Source of the DNA: Octopus sinensis
Lineage: Eukaryota
Length of the DNA stretch: 42,801 bases
NCBI RefSeq assembly: GCF_006345805.1
Contig: NW_021835134.1
Span: forward strand, 1-42,801
Direction: 5' to 3'
Below are positions 11,665 to 22,967 of this stretch, piece after piece (position 1 is the stretch's first letter; the number at the start of each line of letters is the position of its first letter). Both the position numbers and the translations under genes were made by a program. Below the pieces are notes generated by a model, which searched no databases, had not been told where the DNA came from, and saw only the letters and a list, made by a program, of their open reading frames with translations.

Positions 11665-12490
11665 TAACATCATGATCAAGATCATGATCAACATCATCAA
11701 CGTCAACATCATCCTCATCATCATCACCACCATCATCATCAACAACACCACTGCCACCACCGCCGCTACCACCACCACCACCACCAACACCACCACCACC
11801 ACCCACCACCACCAACAACAACAACAACACCACTACCAACAACACAACAACAACAAAAACAACAACACCACCACCACCCACCACCAACAACAACAACAAC
11901 AACCCACCACCACCACCACCACCGCTATCACCCTCAACACCGCCGCCGCAGTCGTCCTCGTCGTCATCATCATCATCATCATCACCACCACCGCCGCCGC
12001 CACCACCATCACTACCGCAATCAATATCAATACCACTACCGTCGCCGCCGCCGCCACCACCATCATCACCGCCACCACCACGGCCACCACCACTACCACC
12101 ATCACTGCGTCCCCACTACCACCGTCGGCATCATCATCATCATCATCACCACCGCCGCCGCCACCACCATCACCACCACCGTCAATACCAATACCACTAC
12201 CGCCGCTGCTGCCGCCGCCGCTGCCACCACCACCATCACCGCCACCACCACGGCCACCACCACTACCACCATCACTGCGTCCCCACTACCACCGTCGTCA
12301 TCATCGTCATCATCACCATCATCATCATTTTCATCAACATCATTATCACCACTACTGCCGCCGCCACCACCACCACCACCAGCACCAACACCAGCAACAC
12401 CACCATCGTCGTCATCATCGTCATCATCATCATCATCATCATCATCAACAACACCAATAGTAGCAGCTGTAGCATAAGCAGCAACGACTA
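11665..12490. repeat. (CAT/CAC/CAA/CGC)n trinucleotide field
   Basis: Directly visible; source of the 262-aa low-complexity ORF. Confidence 0.95.
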
Positions 12491-12865
12491 AGCTGACAAC
12501 AACCAGATCAAAAATGTCTAGAAATGTCTAGAAGAAAACCAAGAAGCAAAACCGGTGAGAAACGAAGTATGGCGAGATGTGAGTGGTCGGTCACTGGAGT
12601 GTTGAGATATGGAGCGAACTGGACAGACTTCGATGTGATCCTAAATAAGATGAATTGGCGAAATTCTACGGCAGCAGTTTGGGGAATTGAAATCACCAAA
12701 AACATCTTAGAGCTGTCAGCACATTACGCTGAGCCGAGTGCATAGAATTCTTATTATGATAACCATCGATGTTGAAGACGGTGAATCAGGTTCACCCAAG
12801 GAAGGAAACCTTATGGTGGTGGGCATGGCGCAGACTTTATTTACGTTTGTGGTGCGACTGGTTGG

Positions 12866-13150
12866 GTTAAGACTGGCTGAGAAATACTTCTCCACCAACA
12901 TAATACACGACTTGCCTTTCAGACATACTGTATCTTCTCTTTGTCTCTTCCAATGTTACGCTAGTGGCTTCTACTTCTCTCTAGTAGAACACACACACAC
13001 ACACACACACAATATGTGTGTCAAAGGAAAAACCCTAACTTCATTACGTTCTCTTCCTAAATGTCTAATGTCTCATTACTTCTCGAATCTTTCAGCAAAC
13101 ACTATCTTATTCCAATATTCCTTCTTCCCCGGGACTTCCCCCAACAGCAC
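12866..13150 (+). mobile_element. Degraded LINE ORF2 C-terminal fragment
   Basis: LPFRHTVSSLCLFQCYASGF and LPKCLMSHYFSN resemble LSHRRNVASLSLFYRY..G.CSS / IPKCRTSHYSNSF seen at the end of CR1/L2-like ORF2; split by a (CA)n run. Confidence 0.5.
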
Positions 13151-13250
13151 CACTAACCGTTCAAGTGAATCTCTACCGATATTTCGCTATGACCATAATG
13201 TCTACAGCAATCTCGCCATTGTTGGAGAGACAGTAACAAACATTCTGTGT

Positions 13251-13422
13251 GTACATTATTTACATTATTTACATTTGACGGATATTTGTCCTCGTCTTGT
13301 TTGTTGTTAACACAGCATTTCGGCTAATGTACCCTCCAGCCTTCATCAGGTGTCTTGCGGAAATTTCGAACCTGGGTTCTCATTCCTAAGGTATTTTTTG
13401 ATGTAATCATTATCATCATCAC

Positions 13423-13456
<34 letters not shown>

Positions 13457-13541
13457 GTCATCATCGTCATCATCGTCATCATCGTCATCGTCGTCATCGT
13501 CATCATCGTCATCGTCATCGTCGTCGTCGTCGGCATCATCA

Positions 13542-13577
<36 letters not shown>

Positions 13578-13735
13578 TTATCGTCGTCGTCGTCATCATC
13601 GTCGTCGTCGTCGTCGTCGCCGCCGTCGTTGCTGTCGTCGTCGATGTTGTTGTTGTTGTTCAGATCACTGCTTGGAATCGAACTCGGAATCTTGGGGTTA
13701 GTAGCTCGCGCTCTTAACCACTACACCATATGCCC
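13251..13735 (-). mobile_element. SINE-like unit: tRNA head, trinucleotide microsatellite, hammerhead-bearing tail
   Basis: 5' GGGCATATGG; A box TGGTGTAGTGG (13728-13718); B box GTTCGATTCC (13683-13674); (ACG/ATG)n; hammerhead motif; tail ending in repeated TGTAAATAA. Confidence 0.7.
13309..13354 (-). ncRNA. Minimal type-I hammerhead ribozyme motif, mutated at the cleavage triplet
   Basis: GACAC-CUGAUGA-A-GGCU[loop]AGCC-GAAA-UGCU-GUGUU; stem I GACAC/GUGUU, stem II GGCU/AGCC. Confidence 0.65.
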
Positions 13736-14119
13736 GTGTGTTAGCTCCCACTCATTTCCCTTCATTATGGCATCTTGGGTAAACGTCATTTTCTTTGGAG
13801 AGAGACTGAATAGACGGAAACTGTATGGAAGACCTTCGGATGGGTCGTACTTGTCATTCAAAAGCTACAGCCTTGACACACATTTCGAAATACACAGCTA
13901 GTTAGGTGTTTATTTTGGAGGAGGTAATTTAATTAATAAAACAATTGAATCCTCATTGAGAAACCACAAAAAACCCACCACTACCCCATCATCCCCTACA
14001 ATCGCTTGAACCGTCAACACCATCACCGCCACTACGACTATTATGGCGACGCCCACCACCATTACTACCATCATTAAAATCACTACTACCATTCCCAGCG
14101 CGACCACTACCACCAAAAC

Positions 14120-14281
14120 GACAATCACCAGCACCAACTACTGACTACCACCAGCACCAACACAAGCACCAGCACCAGCACTACCACCACAACCACCACC
14201 ACCACCACCACCACCACCACTACCACCGCCACCACTGCCGACGCTACCACTACCACCACAAACGCCGCCGCCACCATCACC

Positions 14282-14312
<31 letters not shown>

Positions 14313-14392
14313 ACGCCACCACTACCACCACCGCCGCCACCGCCTCCACCTCCGCCGCCGCCGCCGCCGCCGCCACCACCACCACCACCACC

Positions 14393-14439
<47 letters not shown>
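14120..14439. repeat. (CAC/CGC/CAA)n microsatellite
   Basis: Directly visible. Confidence 0.95.
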
Positions 14440-14446
14440 ATATGTG

Positions 14447-14763
14447 TGTTAGATTCAAATGCGTTTCCCCCACAAATCCGTATAAATTCTGTGTATTTTC
14501 CCGAAGCTGGAATCCGAATTTTTCAAAAGAACACTGCCTACCAATTGGTATCAAGCAAAACCGTTATTAACCATTCTAGCTTCTTATTAAAGCGGATCCA
14601 GTCTATTAAGATTGGTCATTTCAGTGATTAGTTTCGACAGTGGTAATTCCTGATGCAACTAATTTTTTGGCAGAAAAGGATAATTGTTTAATTCTCTTGT
14701 AGAATATTCGGCAACCTCGTTAACGAGGTTCCATTATCAGTTTTGTAGATTGGATGGCATTAC

Positions 14764-14764
<1 letters not shown>
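14447..14764. mobile_element. Interspersed repeat, probable solo LTR (copy 1)
   Basis: Begins TGTTAG, ends TTACA; near-identical second copy at 35769-36044 with the same right boundary. Confidence 0.55.
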
Positions 14765-14858
<94 letters not shown>

Positions 14859-15010
14859 CGTCTAGTTTTATATATCTTTCTATCTACCAGTCTGTCTACC
14901 TGCTTATCTATCTATTTAACTATCTGTCTGTCTATGTATGTAATGTATGTATGTATGTATGTATGTATGTATGTATGTATGTATGTATGTATGTATGTAT
15001 GTATGTATCT
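14765..15010. repeat. (TCTA)n and (TATG)n microsatellites
   Basis: Directly visible. Confidence 0.95.
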
Positions 15011-15326
15011 GTCTAGCTATCTACTTATGTCTGTCTGTCTATCTGTTTCTCCTTTTCTCCTTCCCCCTGTCTCTCTCTATCTCTTTGGCTCTCTATCTCT
15101 CTGTTTGTCTGCCTGTCTTATATATATGTAAATATATACAAGGTATAACTTAGACGTGTGAAGCCCTCTAAGGGATAGAAGTATCAAGAGGCACTCCTGG
15201 TAATTACATCAGTAAGCATGGTCCTTTTTAGCACTAAAGATGCGCTTTTATTTGTTGTTTATATATATATTGTTTATATATATATATGTATGCTCTTATA
15301 TTATTGTTTATATATATATATGTATG

Positions 15327-15726
15327 CTCTTTGCTCTTTTACTTGTTTCAGTTATTTGACTGCGGCCATGCTGGAGCACCGCCTTTAATCGAGCAACTCG
15401 ACTCCAGGACTTATTCTTTGTAAGCCTAGTACTTATTCTATCGGTCTCTTTTGCTGAACCGCTAAGTGACGGGGACATGAACACACCAGCATCGGTTGTC
15501 AAGCGATGTTGGGGGGGGGGGGGCAAACACAAAAACACACGCATATATATCTATATATTTATACGACAGGCTTCTTTCAGTTTCCGTCTACCAAATCCAC
15601 TCAGAAGGCTTTGGTCGGCCCGAGGCTATAGTAGAAGACACTTGCCCAAAGTGCCACGCTGTGGGACTGAACCCGGAACCATGTGGATGGTAAGCAAGCT
15701 ACTTACCACACAGCCACTCCTGCGCC

Positions 15727-15728
<2 letters not shown>
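15327..15728 (-). mobile_element. SINE family A, full length
   Basis: Head AGGCGCAGGAGTGGCTGTGTGGTAAG, B-box-like GGTTCAGTCC, CORE-like block and family tail. Confidence 0.93.
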
Positions 15729-15757
<29 letters not shown>

Positions 15758-15929
15758 CTATACACACACATATATATATATGTGTGTGTGTGTGGTGTAT
15801 GTGCATACCAATATGTGTGTGTGCGTGTGTGTATCGTAGATTATCTTATTTTATGCAAGATTCTGAAGATGCGTATGTGTACATACGTATATAATTGCTT
15901 GATGTCTCAATAAAAGTGTACAATAAAGG

Positions 15930-16087
15930 TGTCAAACAAGAGACAGAGCAATGACAAAATATCTAGAAATTGTCACTCTGTCATTTCTTCCTATCACGTG
16001 ACACAAATGTCCAAAATACTCACAGAAAGAAACGATACTATTACAAAGTCACGATAAAACTGTCACATCGTGTTGACAGACCTGTCA
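15930..16087. promoter_or_regulatory. Candidate enhancer: homotypic TGACA/TGTCA cluster
   Basis: Eight TGACA/TGTCA 5-mers in 158 bp of unique sequence, four of them full TGACAG/CTGTCA; CACGTG at 15995. Confidence 0.4.
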
Positions 16088-16305
16088 AAACAGCGCAGCC
16101 GATTCGTTACAATATTATCAAAAGCGAAACTTGGGTATGTAATTTCGCTTGGCAGTTTCTTTGTGGAGGGTTTGTAGCAGATGTATGGCTGCTCAGAAAC
16201 GTTAAGAATTGTTTCTATGGCCGTAAAATGGAACATCAAAAGCATATATACACAAATTGTACACACACGCACAAAACCACACCACACATTACATAGATAT
16301 GCAAA

Positions 16306-16343
<38 letters not shown>

Positions 16344-16358
16344 ATCTGTCTGTCTGTC

Positions 16359-16427
<69 letters not shown>

Positions 16428-16536
16428 GTTTATATTCTCCACTCCTACTGTGCACGCAACTCATTCTGATTGCATCTTCCATGTGTTTATATGCATCTCC
16501 TTGCGACAATGTAAACTTTCATTTAATCAAGATATC

Positions 16537-16626
16537 CTTGACCTGACGAGTAGCCTGCGGTGTACACCTCACTTGGATACTTACCACTTCAAAGGCTCCG
16601 CTCGCTATGAAACATATGTAGCCCAG
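16537..16626 (+). ncRNA. Type-I hammerhead ribozyme motif (intact core, decayed stem I)
   Basis: CUGACGA (16543-16549), stem II GUAGC/GCUAU around a roughly 50-nt loop, GAAA (16609-16612), palindromic stem III ACAUAUGU, GUA triplet (16618-16620). Confidence 0.55.
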
Positions 16627-16865
16627 ATCTTATCTTCCCCATTTCTTGACTCTTGTATCCTCATTCGCATATCCGGCAACCCTGGTTGCCCACCGTGAAA
16701 TATATAAAGAATTTTATTCAATTTCTCGTATTTCGATAAGAAAAAAATCTACAATCTTCCGTCCCAATAAACCACAATTGTCCCTGAAAGTTGTTTTTTT
16801 TACATTTACTACGGATTGCTTGAAGCTAACCTTCCTACACCTCGATTCTTGGATCTTATATATAT

Positions 16866-16911
16866 AAAACTGTCCGACGAACGGGAACGTGAAACTCTGA
16901 GTAACAGTTTT
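16866..16911 (+). ncRNA. Minimal type-I hammerhead ribozyme motif (Penelope-type, U4C variant)
   Basis: AAAACUGU-CCGACGA-ACG(GGAA)CGU-GAAAC-UCUGA-GUA-ACAGUUUU: 8-bp stem I, GNRA-capped stem II, near-palindromic stem III. Confidence 0.7.
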
Positions 16912-17009
16912 TGTGATATTTTTGTTGCTTTTTAATAAAGTATGTTACTCTACCGCTGGTATTCCAGTACTACTTTTTCTACCTTGTTTCGCATTTATGT
17001 GCTTATTCT

Positions 17010-17096
<87 letters not shown>

Positions 17097-17155
17097 TGAG
17101 AGAGAAAGAGAGAGAAAGAGAGACAAATAGACAGAAGACACTATGTCATTTCTCG

Positions 17156-17339
17156 TGGCACTCCGTCGGTTACGATGACGAGGGTTCCAGTTGAGCCTGC
17201 TCGTGAAATTAACGAGTAAGTGCCTGAGCATTCTACAGGCACGTGTACCCTTAACTCTCACAACACCCAGTCTGGGAATCGAAACTACGATCCTACGACC
17301 GCGAGTCCGCTGCCCTAACCACTGGGCCAATGTGCCTCC
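17156..17339 (-). mobile_element. SINE family C, internally deleted
   Basis: tRNA head GGAGGCACATTGGCCCAGTGGTTAG...GTTTCGATTCC joined to a tail (...AACCGACGGAGTGCC) shared with 35326-35575. Confidence 0.85.
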
Positions 17340-17758
17340 ACTGAACACTGTAGAAAACGTAGAAAGGCACATGATTCATAATTTATTCGAGTACTACAGC
17401 TGTCAATAGAACATAAATGTGAATCATCAAATATATATATAATCACGTAATTATCATATATAATCAGTTGGCCAATAAGGGATGAGTGAGCCGTTTCGTC
17501 AAGAGGCTAAAAGGAAAATGGAAATCAAAATACCGTTAGCGATTTATGCTTTACCGTTCATAATTCTAAATAAGTTTCTCTCGAATATAGTTTAAGGTGC
17601 ATCTTTATGTAGACGCTAGTTCCACCAGAATCTTATGCATTGTAATAAGGTATTAGAGTTTAACAGTGTTTAATAATCGAGCTTTTAAATACAATAGATA
17701 TGTTATTTTATGATGTTTATACATCAACACCCTTTCACACACACACACATATATATAA

Positions 17759-17857
<99 letters not shown>

Positions 17858-18029
17858 ACACACACACACACACACAGAATCTAGGTATAAGTTAGAGGAG
17901 TTTAATACCTCTAAGGTATAATTAAATCCCTTAAGTCGCTCCTGGTTATTACCTGGGTAGGTACAGTTTTTTGTAATGTTGTACGGTAGCAGGTGGCTCG
18001 GTTGGTAGACCGTAGTTTAGGTTATATAG

Positions 18030-18220
18030 GAGAAGAAAATGGAGGTAATAGCAAGGGGAAACTCGTGGTTTTCGCTGGTATGCCTTTAATTTAATTAGAT
18101 AACAAAGAAGGAGGAAGCAGAAATGAAAGTAGCTTCCTCTTTCTTTGTTATCTAATTAAATTAAAGGCATACCAGCGAAAACCACGAGTTTCCCCTTGCT
18201 ATTACATCCATTTTCTTCTC
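18030..18220. repeat. Long near-perfect inverted repeat (89-bp arms, 13-nt loop)
   Basis: 18030-18118 is the reverse complement of 18132-18220 at 87/89 positions; TA-rich flanks. Confidence 0.95.
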
Positions 18221-18241
18221 ATATATATCTATATCTATATA

Positions 18242-18730
18242 TCTATTATATAAAATCCGTTCTGTGTGTGTGTGTGTCTTCTAGGATCTCGGGCATCCTC
18301 CACCCAATTGCGCTCAAATTTGATATGTAGATACCGACGGTATCAGGGCGTGTATAAGTCTTGAAAGAAATTACAAAAATCGATTCCAGGTGAGAATACG
18401 ATCGATAAAGCCGTGGGAACGTAATTTGTACGTGCTGTTGCGATCGATACTACGCGTAGGCGAGAAAAATGCACGTACAGTTTGCGCAAAAAAAAGCCGG
18501 CTGGCTTGAAATAATGCCACAAAATGCAGTATATTTAAGAGACCAAAAAAAGTAAGATGCAAAAGAGATATTTTCTTCAAACTTGGCATGAAGGAAGGAA
18601 AGACTATTTGGTTTCTGAAGAATTTTTTTTTGCCTCAACTTCGTTTAACAAAACCCCCAAATTATTGAAATAAAGGCATGCTTAATTATTTTTTAATGTT
18701 AAGAAAACACTGATTGCTTTTTATTCAGCA
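18242..18730 (+). mobile_element. Probable Helitron 5' fragment
   Basis: A|TCTATTATATAAAATCCGTTCTGTGTG start and ...AATTGCGCTCAAATTTG resemble the 5' end of the non-autonomous Helitron at 41240-41612; no 3' CTAG end identified. Confidence 0.5.
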
Positions 18731-18796
18731 GATATGGTTCAGCACCGTCCATTGGACGGAGGACGTTTTCCTCGTATATATATATATATATATATA

Positions 18797-18863
<67 letters not shown>

Positions 18864-18904
18864 GTTCGTGTGTGTTTGTGCGTATATATATATATATTTG
18901 TGTG

Positions 18905-19118
18905 TGTGTATGTGTCTTTGTGTCTGTGTTTGTCCCCCATCATTACTTGACAACCGATGCTGGTGTGGTTATGTCCCCATAAACTAGCGGTTCGGTAGAA
19001 GACACCGATGGAATAAGTACCAGGCTTACAAAGAATAAGTCCAGGGGTCGATTTGTTAGAATAAAAGGCGATGCTCCAGCATAGCCCCAGTCAAATGACT
19101 GAAACAAGTAAAAGAATA
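18905..19118 (+). mobile_element. SINE family A 3' half
   Basis: TTGACAACCGATGCTGGTG...GTCAAATGACTGAAACAAGTAAAAGA. Confidence 0.88.
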
Positions 19119-19170
19119 AATTAATGTGTGTGTGCGTGCGTGTGTATGTATGTGTGTGTGTGTGTGTATA

Positions 19171-20739
19171 CAGTAGCGGCCATAATATAAGGGTCAGTAT
19201 GAACAAGTGTATTGTAGATATTTTATACATACTTAGATATATTTAATATCTATCCTACGTGAATGGAATAGATGTTTCGTAAGTTATGAGGAAATAAACA
19301 AGCAAACTTCCAAATTGCAAAGGCCAAAAGCTAAGGGTCACTTAAAACAAATGAACTACTAACCGATGTATTTGTTGTTTAGAAGACTGTTAATGGGGTA
19401 ACAGTTACTTCTTATAATCTTACATCATTGGAACATTCAACTGTCAACATGGCGGCTTGTGAGAGACAATCGGTGTCCTGTGATGAAAAACAAAGGATTG
19501 TGTGCTTTAATCAAGAGGGCAAGTGAAATTCTGTGATAGCAACTACTGTAGAAAGGTCTATAAGTATTGTGCAACGAATTCTAACTCGTTTTAAGTCATC
19601 AGGATCGACAGATGCTAAACTCAAAATCGGTTGACCTCGTAAAACTTCATCAAAAAAGGATTGTATTATAGTTAGAATGTCACGGAAGGATAGGTTTAAG
19701 AGTGCTGCTGAGATAACCCGCGAGTTTAGCTCCACTCCCGATGTCAACGTATCGCGCAAAACAGTTTCTCGGAGGTTACGAGGATCTAGGTTGCTTGCTC
19801 GAGCACCGGCAAAGAAACATCTGATCTCCAAGAAGAATCAAAAGCCTGTTTTCGTTTCGCTCACGATCATGTCGTTTGGACAGAAGAACGGTGGCCGCAG
19901 ATTCATTTTAGCGATGAATCAAAGTTTAATGTGATTGGTTCCGATGGCAGGATGTATGTCCGACGAGGAGTGGCGAAATGTTATCTCATGCATGTGTGAA
20001 AAAGACAGTGAAATATGGAGAAGGCAGAGTAATAATATGGTGAGTGATCTTTGCTGCTGGTCCTGGTCCACTTATTCGCCTACAAGGGACTGTCAGTACT
20101 AAAATCTACAAGCAGATTCTTAGACAGCATGCCCTTCCACATCTCCAATCGTCGTCAGTTTTATCCTATCATCGCGTAGGACAATGCTCCCTATCACACT
20201 GCGAAGAGAGTCAAAGATATTTTTAGTGATGAAGGAGTTGATCTCATGGACTGGCCACCTCAAAGTCCCGATCTCAACCCTATAGAAAACACTAGGAAGA
20301 TTATTGAAGACAGGGCGCGAAGGAGAAATCAAAAGAACCAAAATGAAGTCTGGGAATTATTGAAAAACGAATGGAACAATATTACTCCATTATTTTGCAA
20401 GAATTTAATTCAGTCCTGTGGTAACAGATGTCAGGAGGTCATTGATAGTAAAGGGATGTTCACAAAATATTAATAGTAAGGGTTTCTTTTTTGTTCTTGT
20501 TCCATTTTTCATTGTTAAGTGACCCTTAACTTTTGGCCGTTGCAGTTTGGAACATTATTTGTTTATTTCCTCATAGCTTACGAAATATTTATTCCATTCA
20601 CTCGAAATGTTCACGAAAGATAAATATTAGATATATTTAAATATGTGTAAAATATTTAGTCTCAACGTTTTGTTAATCTTCAAAGATAAATATTTCAATA
20701 CACTTGTTCTTACTGATCCTTATATCATGGCCGCTACTG
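19171..20739 (+). mobile_element. Full-length Tc1 (DD34E) DNA transposon with long IR/DR termini
   Basis: TA|CAGTAGCGGCCAT...ATGGCCGCTACTG|TA; inverted repeats span about 19171-19345 and 20515-20739. Confidence 0.95.
19449..20473 (+). pseudogene. Tc1 transposase pseudogene
   Basis: ATG at 19449; G*PRKTS (GRPR-like), VSRKTVSRRL, FSDESKFN, *DNAPYHTA, WPPQSPDLNPIEN, SKGMFTKY-stop; several stops and frameshifts. Confidence 0.93.
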
Positions 20740-22967
20740 TATATGTAAAACAAGACAGATTATATTTATGCTTTATATATTCTATGTATATAACAAGCAT
20801 AAACTTGCAAACATAATACAGAGGCACAGGGGTAGGTACTGACAGTCATAACTTTATGTGCAAAATGTGCAAAATATATCAAATTTTCTGACAAAAAAAA
20901 TGTATTTCACAGTTGTGAATAATAACAATAGTTGTCTCGAACGTTCCATATTCTCACACCTGCAGACACTCACAGACCTCTATGACTTCTGAAATAAGGT
21001 ACAAAAAAAAAAATGAAGGATTACAAGTAAAGAACAGAAAAAGCAATGCAAGAATAACAGAGAAGAAACTATTACCTTAAAAAGTATAAATATATACTTC
21101 TGTTAAAGGAGGCAAAACCACGAAATTTGATGAGTTCACTGTTTAATATAAAACAGTCACGTGACGATACCGTTAAAATGGAAGTGTAAAGAGAACGGCA
21201 AACTAAGTATAGTCAAATGTATATGTGTGTAAATATATACAAAGAAATACACATACGCACACACACACATATACATATTAAATCTACTTATACATATATA
21301 TATGTGTATACATATAAAATCATTAATTTGGTCGTGACTGAATTCTTTTTAAGTTTCCCCTTGCTAATACATGAAAATGCCAGCTTGAATTGAAAAGAAA
21401 ACACAATTTTGACTGCCGTTTGATTGTCGTCTGCCATTCTTGGCGATGTATTTTCTCTTCATATAAAATCAATTGGTATTTTTTTTTATTTTTGCTTTCC
21501 GTGTGACATTACTGTGCAATTGTGATCGTTGTAACCATGCTTGGATCTGTGTGTCTTTCTGGAAGAGAGAGAGAGAAAGGAGGGAGAGAGAGGGAGAAAA
21601 GAGAGAAAGGAGAGAGAGAGAGAGAAAGGAGGGAGAGAGAAAGAGAGAAAGAGAGAGAAAGTTAGAGAGAGAGGACCAGTGTGTGTGTGTGTGTGTGCAT
21701 GTTGAAATATCTTTGCGGTTGTATGTGTGTCTGTGTCCTTATGTGTATATATATATATATGTATGAGTGTGAGTGTATACGTATGCATGTATGCATGCTT
21801 GTATGTGCTTATGAATGTATATATGTATGCGTGTATGTATACTTTTATGTATATATGTGCGTGCGTGTGTGGATGTGTGTGTCTAGGTATGCATATATTT
21901 GTGTGTGTGTGTGTTTTATTATGTGTGTAGATGAAAGGTCGTCTGGGTGTTTATACTGAAGTGTGCATGTATGCGTGAATGTATGTGTGTGACTGTCTGT
22001 GTGTGCGCGTGTGCGCGCGCTTGTGTTTGTCAGACTGGCACAAACACGACCGCTATCACAACGAGAACTAAAATTCCCACCGTCACTACCAGCCACCCCC
22101 GACCCCCGCCAACAGTACCACCACTACTATTACCTCCACCACAACCGCCTCCACTACCATCATCGTCATCAATGGTATACTTAACACTGCTATCAGTATC
22201 ACAAAAACACCGTCAACATCATAATCACTACTATAACCAGATCTACCACCACCACCACCACCACCACCACAACCACCACCATCACCACCACCACCACCAC
22301 CACCACCACCATCACCAACAAAACCAACAAGAACACTGTCACCAGCTCTACCATTACCACTACTACCAAAAAGCTATCACTTTCCCGAGGATCATCATCA
22401 CTCCTATCTTCATCACAACGTTATCATTCTTTCCTACGGCTGTTTCGTTAATCCGCTCATATCATTACAAATTACATATTAATTTACCAACATCACTATA
22501 TAGAGCATGAGAATTATACTCTTCTATTTTATTCCTTACAAACTGGGAATTTTATTCCATGTAAACTGCAAATTTTCCCTGTCTAAAATATTCATATCTT
22601 GTCTCAGATGACGGAATACCCAGCACGTGGTCATACTAACTTACCGCTTGGATTATCCCAGAAACGTTAAACTAATTTTAAATGACTTGGTTTTGATTTT
22701 TTTTACTCTAACATAATAAATACCTGTTATAAGAGATCCCTTATACGGCTCCTTAGATCCAGTGATCTTGGAACCTAATGGTCATCCAACTATAGCACTT
22801 ACCCAGCGTACCTATTCGTATAGATTACAAGTGAATTAAACCCCTCATATTCTTTACATATATATATATATGTATACATGAACACATGTACATACATACA
22901 TACACATACATACACACACACACTCATACACACACACACACACACATACACACACACACACATATAT

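Noticed and set aside
11672-12460. 262-aa Thr/Pro/His-rich ORF and similar ORFs (640-1464, 9786-10250, 10560-11300, 21947-22510, 33945-34547)
   Set aside because: Open only because the microsatellites lack stop codons; no domain-like sequence or splice evidence.
12508-12860. Short ORFs on both strands as a possible host exon
   Set aside because: No recognisable domain; adjacent to a LINE remnant and probably decayed LINE sequence.
13660-13735. Genuine tRNA gene (also the heads at 17275-17339 and 3036-3095)
   Set aside because: Acceptor stem does not close and T/anticodon stems are broken; these are SINE heads.
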